A DNA stretch of 40,237 nucleotides from Flavobacteriales bacterium. Lineage in GTDB: Bacteria > Bacteroidota > Bacteroidia > Palsa-965. Shown piece after piece: positions 9,729-18,582 of the stretch. Location of the stretch: positions 1-40,237 of the forward strand of contig JBEIPA010000039.1 of assembly GCA_040377305.1 (NCBI GenBank), written 5' to 3'. The notes beneath the pieces were generated by a model. The model saw only the letters and a program-made list of their open reading frames with translations, was not told where the DNA came from and made no database searches. Each line of letters begins with the position of its first letter. Within the stretch, counting starts at the first letter, position 1. The translations under genes were made by a program, and so were the position numbers.

Positions 9729-9806
9729 AAATTACCTTGCAGAAAGGGAGAGCAAATAGTACTCTACTTAGAATGAGTATTGTGTGCCACTGAATTTACT
9801 CAGCAA

Positions 9807-10301
9807 TCAGTCCTCTTTATAAAAAGTCTTCTCATCGTCTTTGTTGTAAAAGAAGCTGAGCTCCATGTTCTTCTTTATAAAAGTCTTAAACTCTTCAGAA
9901 GTTGTGAATTGCTCAGTAATGTTGTCGGTCACAGCCTTAAATTTAACACGGTCATCATTCCTTTTGTCCATCCGATAAATCATGTACTTACGATCCGAAG
10001 AATAATCCTGCTCGTAGATATTCAGAAAGAGTGAGCCTCCGACTTCAGTCATCCATCCTATGTAAATAGTAGGTTCGTCATTTTCATCCTCGATACTTTT
10101 CTTTTCAATTCGATACTGATTACCATCCATCTGGCATTTCCAGATATATTCATCTGAACCTTTCTCTGACCACTTTCCTACCAACGATTTATCCGGCTTG
10201 GAATTATCAGCGGTGTCAAGCGGAATTCTGGATTCATACGGACAACCCATGAACATTAAACTCACTGTGGTCAAACAAATTAGTGCAACATGTACTTTCA
10301 T
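9807..10301 (-). CDS. Hypothetical lipoprotein (paralog 1 of 2)
   Basis: Lipobox FMG-C at residue 20; about 84% identical (26 differences in 164 aa by manual count) to 22884..23378. Confidence 0.85.
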   Translation of the reverse strand: MKVHVALICLTTVSLMFMGCPYESRIPLDTADNSKPDKSLVGKWSEKGSDEYIWKCQMDGNQYRIEKKSIEDENDEPTIYIGWMTEVGGSLFLNIYEQDYSSDRKYMIYRMDKRNDDRVKFKAVTDNITEQFTTSEEFKTFIKKNMELSFFYNKDDEKTFYKED

Positions 10302-10489
10302 TGGTCATGGTTTAAATATTAGCGATTAGATTATTTCTGAATTAAATCCCAAGGATATCATCGTGATCATCATCCTTGGGATCTTTACCATCACCTTCCC
10401 GCGTATAAGCGAATGCAAAATAAATAATGACCGCGCCTACCAGAATCAGCGATGCAAGAATTATCCAATAGTTCATGCTTTAAAGTATT

Positions 10490-11815
10490 TCATCGCTCAA
10501 AAAAGAATTGAGTTTCTCCGAACGCCGGCTTCAACTCATCTATCCATGCCGCCTTCGCATCATACTCTGCGAAGAACGGTCGTGCAACCCAGCTTGGATC
10601 ACGTCCCTGCAGAAAACGCATGACTATCACTTTCTGGTTCCCTACAACCGATGGAACTTCTGCAACACCAAGCACCTGTACTTTACCTGGTGTACAAGAC
10701 ATACTTGGTCCACGAACAGTTCTGCAAATTCCACTTACCTTCTGATATGCGTTTTTGAATATTTCCCAGGCACGTACAAGCGGCACTTCAAAATATTCTC
10801 TCGCGCCAGTATCCCGGGCAACGAACATATAGTATGGCACACAACCAAGCGCAACCTGTCGCTGCCACATTTCTGACCACACAGATGGCGAGTCATTGAT
10901 GTGTCGTAGTACCGGCGACTGTGTTCTGATCTGCGCACCAGTCTCCTTGATTTTCGCAATAGCCTCTTCAACTGCGGGTGTTGACAATTCAACCGGGTGA
11001 CTGAAATGCGCCATCACAGACAGATGAATCCCACTTGCTTTTACCTCTTCAAACAAAGCAAGAAGATCTTCCGCATCATCATCTGTTGTGAAACGATACG
11101 GCCAATAAGCAAGTGCTTTCGTACCGATACGAATTGTTTTAAGATTCGGCAGCTTCGCCTGCATAAGCGGTTCGATGTAACCACGCAGAATTTTCGATCG
11201 CATCACCATTGGATCACCACCGGTAAACAACACGTCCGTTACTTCCGGGTGAGCGCGCACATAATCAACTAACTGTTCACTCTCCTTCATCGCGAATTTC
11301 ATTCCTTCCATTCCAACAAACTGCGGCCAACGAAAACAAAAGGTGCAATAAGCATGACAGGTTTGTCCCTGCTGAGGGAAGAACAAAACAGTTTGTCCGT
11401 ACTTGTGCTGAAGTCCATGCAGCTTATTCCCGTCCAAAGACGGAACATTATATTCTAACTGTCCGGCCGGATGCGGATTAAGTTGTGCCCTGATCGAATT
11501 GGCAACAACTTTAATTTCATTCTTCCCCGCACCATTACGCAACGCGGATTCCATTTCCGCAAACTGCGCAGGTTGTAACATTTCCTTCTGAGGAAAAGTC
11601 AAACGGAAAATCGGATCGTTGGGAACATTGCTCCAATCGATTAGTTCATTGAGGACATAATCATTGACTTTAAATGGCAACACATTCCCAACCACTTCAA
11701 TATTGAACAACTCCTCTTCCGAAAAACGCTTCAGCTGCGGAATCGAACGAAAGGAACTTAATCCGTAAGATTTGTAAGTGGGTATCACCTTATTCTCTAA
11801 CACAATCGTCTTCAT
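10490..11815 (-). CDS. kamA: KamA-family radical SAM/PLP amino-acid 2,3-aminomutase
   Basis: HKYGQTVLFFP, CHAYCTFCFRW (CxxxCxxC), VLFTGGDPM, IRIGTK, QSPVLRHIND, PYYMF, PGKV. Start taken at ATG 11815 (MKTIVLE). Substrate is not determinable from sequence. Confidence 0.85.
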   Translation of the reverse strand: MKTIVLENKVIPTYKSYGLSSFRSIPQLKRFSEEELFNIEVVGNVLPFKVNDYVLNELIDWSNVPNDPIFRLTFPQKEMLQPAQFAEMESALRNGAGKNEIKVVANSIRAQLNPHPAGQLEYNVPSLDGNKLHGLQHKYGQTVLFFPQQGQTCHAYCTFCFRWPQFVGMEGMKFAMKESEQLVDYVRAHPEVTDVLFTGGDPMVMRSKILRGYIEPLMQAKLPNLKTIRIGTKALAYWPYRFTTDDDAEDLLALFEEVKASGIHLSVMAHFSHPVELSTPAVEEAIAKIKETGAQIRTQSPVLRHINDSPSVWSEMWQRQVALGCVPYYMFVARDTGAREYFEVPLVRAWEIFKNAYQKVSGICRTVRGPSMSCTPGKVQVLGVAEVPSVVGNQKVIVMRFLQGRDPSWVARPFFAEYDAKAAWIDELKPAFGETQFFFER

Positions 11816-11965
11816 ATCTTCAGGTTTTAAATGAAGCATTACTCACCAGCCAACCACGGCGGAGACCGGCGAGCAACCTGCTTCAACAACAACAATTAGT
11901 AGTGATCACACTTCGTAGGACTTTCCTTATCACTACAACTTGAGAGAGAAACTCCAGGCTTCTCT
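11816..11965 (-). ncRNA. Candidate structured 5' leader RNA of kamA
   Basis: Three stems lie between the TATTTTTG promoter (11978-11971) and the ATG: 11946-11964, 11899-11936 (GTAGTGAT/ATCACTAC closing an internal AGG-AAAGT-CCT hairpin) and 11832-11885 (long stem with G.U pairs only on the sense strand). Confidence 0.45.
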
Positions 11966-11970
11966 TGACG

Positions 11971-12015
11971 CAAAAATACCCGTGACTTAAAGCAACAACC
12001 AGTGACTTAAATCCC
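11971..12015 (-). promoter_or_regulatory. kamA promoter with two GTGACTTAA boxes
   Basis: CAAAAATA 11971-11978; GTGACTTAAAGCAA 11982-11995; GTGACTTAAATCCC 12002-12015. Confidence 0.55.
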
Positions 12016-12044
12016 CACTTGGTTTTTTTAAGATATTTTTAAGA

Positions 12045-12178
12045 AATCAGAATCTGCCAGTGATCAAATAATCGCTGGCAGAATCAATGATAGTCGTGTC
12101 GCGCTAATTGCATTTAAAGAATACTGATCGCGGACAAAACGAATTGCTCCCTGAATGGTACAGAAACAGGGTGCAATT
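12045..12178 (-). ncRNA. Candidate small RNA or structured 3'UTR between DUF389 and kamA
   Basis: Hairpins AATTGCTCCCTG/CAGGGTGCAATT (12142-12178) and TCTGCCAGTGAT/ATCGCTGGCAGA (12053-12082); a GTGACTTTAGTTCC box (12214-12227) and TAGCTTGC (12190-12183) lie upstream on the minus strand. Confidence 0.3.
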
Positions 12179-12235
12179 AAACGCAAGCTAACCTTGTTTG
12201 ACCAATGGCAGCGGTGACTTTAGTTCCTCCACGGG

Positions 12236-13594
12236 TTATTTTAAGCGCGATACCAGTAATAGCGAATCGCTTTGAACACGCAGCGTTAACCAATCCTGGA
12301 TTTTTCGTTGCTCCTTTCGGGAAGGAACTTTGATGAATTCAACGAAAGCAATCGTAATCGTGTCCTGAACCTGCTGTTCAACATTAAAAATCAGATTATC
12401 GTGAATAGATAACTTTGAAACACCATGATCAAGGGCATTCATCTCCTGTGCTATTGCATCAACAGGATAACTCGACTTCAATCGGGCAAGTTCCTCGTTC
12501 ATTTTAATGATCTGGAGTTGTTGCTCATTGATGACACGGTTGTTGTCGGAGTATAATTCGTTGGTAAGCCCGGCTTTCAATTCGTTGATGTCAAACTTCT
12601 CAGCGTAATCATCGCCTTGTGTAATTTCAACGTTCACATCGTCGAGCATATAAACCATCTTCCGTTGAACAAGAAGTTCGATGCTGTCATCAGGAAGCGT
12701 GTGACCCGCCAGAACAATTTCAATTGAGGAACGCGTATAGTCAACACGCTTCGCGAGTATAAAAGTATCTTCCAGAAGAAATTCGTTCTGCAGATAATCC
12801 CGCGCACGCTGCTCAAATAGTTCGCGCTGAACGGTGAAATACGCAATGAGTATACTGGGCACAACCGTTATAATAACAACAACAGATATGATGTTCTTCA
12901 ACTTGCGCTCCCGCGTTTTGTCGGGCAACGTAACCGGCTTAAACTTGAGCAATCGCGTAACGATCAACGCAGACAAACTAATGAACACAGCATTGATGCA
13001 GAACAAGTAGAATGCGCCCAGGAAGAAGAATAAATCGCCGTTGGCCAAACCAAATCCTGCAGTACATAATGGTGGCATTAAAGCAGTCGCGATTGCCACT
13101 CCCGGAATAACAGTGCCTTTCCCTTTTGACGCACCAGCTACAATACCCGCCAGACCGCCGAATAGCGCAATGAGCACATCCCAAATAGTTGGAGTGGTTC
13201 GGGAAAGTAATTCCGAGTCAGCGACGTGCAGTGGTGAGAGTGCAAAATAAGTTGTAGAAGTGACCAAACTTACGATCACCATTATGGCTAAGTTCTTTCC
13301 TGCCGATTTAAGTAACTCAAAATCAAAAATGCTAAGTCCGAGTCCCACTCCCATAATTGGACCCATCAGAGGTGAGATCAACATTGCTCCGATAATGACA
13401 GCTGTTGAATTGACATTCAATCCAATCGAGGCCAGAAAAATTGCGAATATCAGAATCCAGACATTGCCACCCCGAAATTCAACTCCTTTGCGAATCGATT
13501 CAATAATCTCCGATTCCTCATCTTTATCCTTTTGCAAACTGAAGCGCACAATAAGGAATCGCATGATACTTCTGGCAATATCTTTTATTTCCAT
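12236..13594 (-). CDS. DUF389 / TIGR00341 family membrane protein
   Basis: IASIGLNVNSTAVIIGAMLISPLMGP-type segment, ELLSRTTPTIWDVLIALFGGLAG, IPGVAIATALMPPLCTAGFG. Confidence 0.9.
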   Translation of the reverse strand: MEIKDIARSIMRFLIVRFSLQKDKDEESEIIESIRKGVEFRGGNVWILIFAIFLASIGLNVNSTAVIIGAMLISPLMGPIMGVGLGLSIFDFELLKSAGKNLAIMVIVSLVTSTTYFALSPLHVADSELLSRTTPTIWDVLIALFGGLAGIVAGASKGKGTVIPGVAIATALMPPLCTAGFGLANGDLFFFLGAFYLFCINAVFISLSALIVTRLLKFKPVTLPDKTRERKLKNIISVVVIITVVPSILIAYFTVQRELFEQRARDYLQNEFLLEDTFILAKRVDYTRSSIEIVLAGHTLPDDSIELLVQRKMVYMLDDVNVEITQGDDYAEKFDINELKAGLTNELYSDNNRVINEQQLQIIKMNEELARLKSSYPVDAIAQEMNALDHGVSKLSIHDNLIFNVEQQVQDTITIAFVEFIKVPSRKEQRKIQDWLTLRVQSDSLLLVSRLK

Positions 13595-13798
13595 GAAAAT
13601 GTCTAAGAGGTAACTAATATATCCCGGAATGGGTTCGTAGCTTTCTGTATTCGACGGTATGCTACATATTGCCTAAGATTAGCCCAGCTTGTACGTTAAT
13701 GTGGCACGCACCTACGACTCTCATTGTACTTCGCTGCGAATGCACGTGTGCTTCTTCGAGTGATCATCGCTATACTGCAGCGATCGCTGCACAAGACA

Positions 13799-14092
13799 TC
13801 AGATGTTATCCGGTAACGTTTCAATTTCTACAGCGATCAGATAATTCGTAAAGTCTGCTTCGAAATACGATATCGCCGCTTTCAAACGGACTCGTCGAAC
13901 AACATTGTCTTCTTCGTTGAATTCGCGGATCAGATCTGCATGTAATTTCTTAAGCGAATCCGGTACTTGCCATTCAGGAATACTCTCCGTTGTGATTACA
14001 GAACGCACATAATCTCCCAGATTTTCCAGATCATCTACGTCGAGTGCTTCATCAATGTGTTCCAGAATTATATCTCTAAGCGATGAATCCAT
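13799..14092 (-). CDS. Small acidic helical hypothetical protein ('PEW' family, copy 1)
   Basis: 97-aa ORF with A-rich start context; aligns without gaps to 18583..18861. Confidence 0.7.
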   Translation of the reverse strand: MDSSLRDIILEHIDEALDVDDLENLGDYVRSVITTESIPEWQVPDSLKKLHADLIREFNEEDNVVRRVRLKAAISYFEADFTNYLIAVEIETLPDNI

Positions 14093-14102
14093 TGTATTTG
14101 CT

Positions 14103-14129
14103 AAAAAAAGCCCGTGAATATCACGGGCT
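14103..14129 (-). terminator. Intrinsic terminator-like hairpin immediately upstream of the 14092 start codon
   Basis: Minus strand AGCCCGTGA-TAT-TCACGGGCT followed by TTTTTT. Confidence 0.65.
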
Positions 14130-14167
14130 AAATTGAACTTAAACAGTAATTAACCAAAAGGCACGTG

Positions 14168-14242
14168 CAAATATGTATTATGATCTTTTATGAAAGCGGA
14201 GACTTAAGTCTCTCTTCCAATAAAGTAAAATGAGGTATTTTG
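14168..14242. promoter_or_regulatory. Divergent promoters around a perfect palindrome GAGACTTAAGTCTC (probable Crp/Fnr operator)
   Basis: Palindrome 14199-14212; CATATTTG on minus (14175-14168); GTATTTTG on plus (14235-14242). Confidence 0.6.
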
Positions 14243-14250
14243 TTAAACCT

Positions 14251-14937
14251 ATGAAATTTGACCTTCATCAATTCTATTTTAACAACTCACTTATACTCGA
14301 TAGCTTAACTACAAAGAGTAAAACAACTTTGCTCGCGACGGTTCAGAAGAGAAAGTTTAAGTTGGGTAAAATTATTTATCGGGAAGGTAAAAGTCCCAAA
14401 GGTGTTTACATTCTGCGCAAAGGGAAAGTGAAAATTTATCAGACCGGACAAGACGGAGTCAAACAGATTATGTACATCTATACCCCGGGTGAAATGTTTG
14501 GTTATCGTCCTATTATCTGCGAAGAAGTACATCCGGTTTCTGCTGTTGCGCTTGAAGAATGTTCCTGCGATTTTATTCCTCGCGCACATTTCTCAAAGTG
14601 CCTGCTCGAATCCAGCGAACTGTGCAGGGTCCTTATGAAATCGCTGAGCCATGAGTTTACAGTTTGGGTGAACAATATCACAGTGTTTGCCCGTTACCCG
14701 GTAAAGTCGCGTGTTGCTCTTGGTTTGTTGATTCTTCAGGAAAAATTCAAAACAAAAGATAAAAGCAATGAAGTAAATTTGACCCGTAATGATTTCGCCA
14801 GCTACATTGGCACAGTCAAGGAAATGGTGGTACGGGTGTTGCAGGATTTACGCAAGCAGAAAATCGTTGAAACACAAGGCAGCAAGATCAGGATACTCAA
14901 TCCCGCTGCTTTGAAAGCGCTGGTCCAATTTTATTGA
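14251..14937 (+). CDS. Crp/Fnr family transcriptional regulator
   Basis: IYREGKSPKGVYILRKGKVKIY and GEMFG (cNMP-binding fold); LTRNDFASYIGTVKEMVVRVL HTH. Start 14251 preferred because the promoter overlaps 14230. Confidence 0.9.
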   Translation: MKFDLHQFYFNNSLILDSLTTKSKTTLLATVQKRKFKLGKIIYREGKSPKGVYILRKGKVKIYQTGQDGVKQIMYIYTPGEMFGYRPIICEEVHPVSAVALEECSCDFIPRAHFSKCLLESSELCRVLMKSLSHEFTVWVNNITVFARYPVKSRVALGLLILQEKFKTKDKSNEVNLTRNDFASYIGTVKEMVVRVLQDLRKQKIVETQGSKIRILNPAALKALVQFY

Positions 14938-15016
14938 TCACTTAATACGGCGCAAGTTCCGCCATGCGATTCACGACTAAAAACGATGTGAAACGGCAAC
15001 GGACTAATCAAACATT

Positions 15017-16555
15017 ATGGAATTAAACACTGACAAAGTGAAGCTTCGGCAAATACGCCTGAAAGACTTCAAACAAATTGTAGAGATTCAATTAAAATCA
15101 TTTCCGGGAATGAAACCCTGGTCGGAAAGTCAATTCCAAAGTTTATTGACGCACTTTCCGGAAGGTCAATTATGTATTCAGTTTGGTAAGAAGGTAATTG
15201 CTTCTTCAGGCAGTCTTATCATAAATTTCGATGACTATTCTGAAACTTCCACCTGGAATGAATTAACCGATAGTGGACATATCAGTAATCACAACAAATA
15301 CGGTGACACGCTCTACGGGATGGAAATAATGGTCGATCCTGAATTTCGCGGAATGAAACTTTCCCGTCGGTTGTACGACGCGCGTAAAGATCTCGCCAGA
15401 AAGTTCAATCTGAAACGCATCATTGTAGGTGGCCGCATTCCGAACTATCACAAGAATGAGAGTATTGGAATTGATCAGTACATAGACCGTGTTGTCAACA
15501 AACGACTCTATGATCCCGTATTAACTGCACAGCTTTCCAATGGATTTCTATTAAGACGTGTATTGCCGGGATATCTTCCCAGTGATGTGGAATCGGGTGG
15601 CTATGCAACTTTGCTGGAGTGGGTTAATTACAACTATGATTCGAAACCTACACAAGGCATTCCGCGTTCACCTTACGTACGGGTAAGTGCTGTGCAATAC
15701 CAGATGCGTGCAATCAAAAGTTTTGAAGAGTTTGGAAAGTACTGCGAGTTCTTTGTAGACACCGCATCCGATTACAGAAGCGATTTTGTTGTGTTTCCTG
15801 AAATGATCACACTTCAGCTTCTGTCGTTCTTACCGAAGAAAAGTCCGGGAGAAGCTGTGCGAATGCTAACGAAGTATACTCCGCAGTATATCGAGCTGTT
15901 TACCAAACTGGCCATCAAATACAATATTAATATCATTGGCGGTTCTCACTTTACGGTAGAGGATGATCAGTTGTTTAATATCTCCTACTTGTTTCGTCGC
16001 GATGGAACTTTCGAGAAGCAATATAAGATTCACATCACGCCACATGAAAAAAAGTGGTGGGGAGTTCAAAGCGGCAACAAGGTCAGTGTGTTTAATACGG
16101 ACAAAGGAAAAGTTGCCATCCTCATTTGTTATGACTCCGAATTCCCGGAACTGGCGCGTGTCGCAGTAAGCAAGGGAGCTAAAATCATATTTGTACCATT
16201 CAATACAGATGATCGTCGCGGATACCTTCGTGTGCGGTATTGTTCACAGGCGCGTGCAATTGAGAATCAGATTTATGTTGTGATAACCGGTTGTGTTGGC
16301 AATTTACCGGAAGTAGAGAATCTCGACGTACACTTTTCCCAATCTGCGATTTTCACACCATCAGATGTAGAATTTCACCGTGAAGCAATTGCATCAGAAG
16401 CAACGCCGAACACAGAAACATTGATTTACCAGGATCTTGATCTTAACCTTCTGAAAAGAAACAGAGAAATGGGTTCAGTGCAAACCTGGAACGACAGAAG
16501 TCAGGGCTTTTACAAAATTCATTATACCGAAGATGGTAAAGAATACATTCTGTAG
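15017..16555 (+). CDS. Bifunctional GNAT acetyltransferase / carbon-nitrogen hydrolase (nitrilase-like amidohydrolase)
   Basis: N-terminal VDPEFRGMKLSRRLY (acetyl-CoA motif); C-terminal VFPE, QYKIHITP and ICYDSEFPE (Glu-Lys-Cys triad). Confidence 0.9.
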   Translation: MELNTDKVKLRQIRLKDFKQIVEIQLKSFPGMKPWSESQFQSLLTHFPEGQLCIQFGKKVIASSGSLIINFDDYSETSTWNELTDSGHISNHNKYGDTLYGMEIMVDPEFRGMKLSRRLYDARKDLARKFNLKRIIVGGRIPNYHKNESIGIDQYIDRVVNKRLYDPVLTAQLSNGFLLRRVLPGYLPSDVESGGYATLLEWVNYNYDSKPTQGIPRSPYVRVSAVQYQMRAIKSFEEFGKYCEFFVDTASDYRSDFVVFPEMITLQLLSFLPKKSPGEAVRMLTKYTPQYIELFTKLAIKYNINIIGGSHFTVEDDQLFNISYLFRRDGTFEKQYKIHITPHEKKWWGVQSGNKVSVFNTDKGKVAILICYDSEFPELARVAVSKGAKIIFVPFNTDDRRGYLRVRYCSQARAIENQIYVVITGCVGNLPEVENLDVHFSQSAIFTPSDVEFHREAIASEATPNTETLIYQDLDLNLLKRNREMGSVQTWNDRSQGFYKIHYTEDGKEYIL

Positions 16556-16603
16556 AATCTGGTAATCGCACTGCCGGTTCAGCAGCGTAAGAATAAATGA
16601 AAA

Positions 16604-18073
16604 ATGAAAATCAGGAACTTACTCATTATCGGATTTCTCTTTCTTACGCTGATATTTCTGTCGGTGTACTTTGTCAATCAACGTTTATCGAACGCGGTTC
16701 TCACAAACACAACTTATCTCAACAACTCCGAGGCCATCATCAGGAATTCCAATCGGATTCACAAAGAGATAATCGGAATGCAAAGCGGATTTCGGGGATA
16801 TCTTCTGACGTCCCAGGAATCTTTTCTCCAGCCATATTACAACGGATTAGGTAGTGTACCCCAACTTATTGCGGAACAAAGGCTGCTCCTGTCGCGAAAC
16901 ATTCAGGTTTCACGTCTCGATTCAATCGCACTCCTTCACCTGGAATGGATTGAATATGCCGATTCATTAATCACTGCAAAAAAAGACACACTCCCGTCTT
17001 CAGTCAAAAAATATCAACGGCTTTTTGACAGCAAGCTTAAGATGGAGGTAGGAAAGAATCTCAACGACCGGATACAGAGCATTTTCTTCGCGCTTGATGA
17101 TTATGAATATGACATTCGGCAACAAAGACGGGAAGCTTTAGAAGTGTCCATCGAAAGCACAAGAAATATATCCCTTGCACTTACAGTCATTTCTTCCCTG
17201 GTTGTAATACTTTTAAGTATGTATGTGATTCGCGTTATTACGCGGAGAATAAACAAAATGATCAAGCTTGCAGAAACAATTTCTAAAGGCGATTTCCTCA
17301 CAATCAATGATCAGCGAAGGGATGAATTTCAAAGCCTCGTTCATTCACTGAATAATATGTCGCAGACCCTCGATGTTAATTTCAAGGAACTGCGAACGAA
17401 GAATCAGGAATTGGACCAATTTGCCTATGTAGTTTCACATGACCTGAAAGCTCCGCTACGTGGCATCTCCAATATTATTGCATGGATCGAAGAAGATCAT
17501 GAAGCGGATCTCACCCCCGACATTAAACACAATCTTAGTTTGATCAAAGGAAGGACGGAGCGACTTGAGAATATGATCAATGGGATATTAGAGTATGCAC
17601 GTATAGGAAAAATGCGAAAGGGTGCGGAGCAGGTAAACACCATCAAGATGCTCAATGAAATTAAAGAGCTGATTGTTCCGGACCGGGTAACATTTACTGT
17701 AAGTGATACCATACCGAATGTATTTGCAGAGCGCCTGCTTCTGGAACAGGTCTTTGCCAATCTCATTGGAAATGCGGTTAAACACAATCCTTCCAGGGAC
17801 GCTTCAATTGTAGTCACCGGATCAGAAAAAGATAAATTCTATGAATTTGCAGTGTCTGATAATGGCCCTGGAATTGAGAAAGTATATTTTGACAAAATAT
17901 TTGTCATCTTCCAGACGCTACAAGAGCGCGATGCATTTGAAAGCACCGGAGTGGGTCTCGCTATTGTGAAGAAAATTATTGACGATCACAATGGAACAAT
18001 CAGCGTTGAATCGGAATTAGGTAAAGGGACTACCATTATATTCACCTGGCCGAAAACACAATTGAAACAATGA
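16604..18073 (+). CDS. Sensor histidine kinase (CHASE3-like periplasmic domain, HAMP, HisKA, HATPase)
   Basis: MQSGFRGYLLT (CHASE3-like), FAYVVSHDLKAPLRGI H-box, NLIGNAVKH, DNGPGI, GVGLAIVKKI. Confidence 0.9.
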   Translation: MKIRNLLIIGFLFLTLIFLSVYFVNQRLSNAVLTNTTYLNNSEAIIRNSNRIHKEIIGMQSGFRGYLLTSQESFLQPYYNGLGSVPQLIAEQRLLLSRNIQVSRLDSIALLHLEWIEYADSLITAKKDTLPSSVKKYQRLFDSKLKMEVGKNLNDRIQSIFFALDDYEYDIRQQRREALEVSIESTRNISLALTVISSLVVILLSMYVIRVITRRINKMIKLAETISKGDFLTINDQRRDEFQSLVHSLNNMSQTLDVNFKELRTKNQELDQFAYVVSHDLKAPLRGISNIIAWIEEDHEADLTPDIKHNLSLIKGRTERLENMINGILEYARIGKMRKGAEQVNTIKMLNEIKELIVPDRVTFTVSDTIPNVFAERLLLEQVFANLIGNAVKHNPSRDASIVVTGSEKDKFYEFAVSDNGPGIEKVYFDKIFVIFQTLQERDAFESTGVGLAIVKKIIDDHNGTISVESELGKGTTIIFTWPKTQLKQ

Positions 18074-18483
18074 CCATGAAAAAAAAGATTCTGTTGATTG
18101 ACGACGACTACCTCGACGTAGAGAGCGTTAAGCGTGTACTCAAGAAACTGAGTGTACCGTACGAACTCTTTGTTGCACATAATGGTGTTGATGGTTTAGC
18201 AATGCTCACCGGCAATACACCCGACCGGGTTAAGATTGTCCCCGATATCATTATACTCGATATCAATATGCCAAAGATGAATGGCATTGAGTTTCTCGGA
18301 ATCATCAGAAGTTATTACAGTCTCAATAGTATCAAAACATTCATTCTCACTACATCATCCGAAGAATACGACAAACTTGCATCGGAGAATTTAGGTGTGC
18401 ATGGTTACATTCTGAAGCCGTTGAACTTTAAGGATAACGCTTCACAAGATGCAGTGAAACTGTTGGAAGAAATATTGAAGTAG
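18070..18483 (+). CDS. Single-domain response regulator (Rcp-like receiver)
   Basis: ILLIDDD, PDIIILDINMPKMNGIEFL, ILTTS, YILKP; ATGA overlap with the kinase stop (start may be 18076). Confidence 0.9.
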   Translation: MTMKKKILLIDDDYLDVESVKRVLKKLSVPYELFVAHNGVDGLAMLTGNTPDRVKIVPDIIILDINMPKMNGIEFLGIIRSYYSLNSIKTFILTTSSEEYDKLASENLGVHGYILKPLNFKDNASQDAVKLLEEILK

Positions 18484-18518
18484 GAACAGACGCTATTCAC
18501 GTATAAATGTGCCGGAGA

Positions 18519-18565
18519 TTCTAATAACTTTCTAATTCCGGTTGCTCCTTCCGGTTCTACATTAG
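18519..18565 (+). promoter_or_regulatory. TTCTAA-N5-TTCTAA direct repeat and promoter
   Basis: TTCTAA 18519-24, TTCTAA 18530-35, 22-bp gap, TACATTAG 18558-65. Confidence 0.65.
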
Positions 18566-18582
18566 ATGGTAGAACATCGTTT

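Noticed and set aside
11915-11930. AGGAAAGTCC (minus strand) resembling the RNase P RNA P4 motif
   Set aside because: The region is far too short and lacks the other conserved RNase P segments.
13776-13791. Perfect palindrome TGCAGCGATCGCTGCA
   Set aside because: Single instance just after a stop codon; most simply a 3' hairpin, with no further support for a special role.
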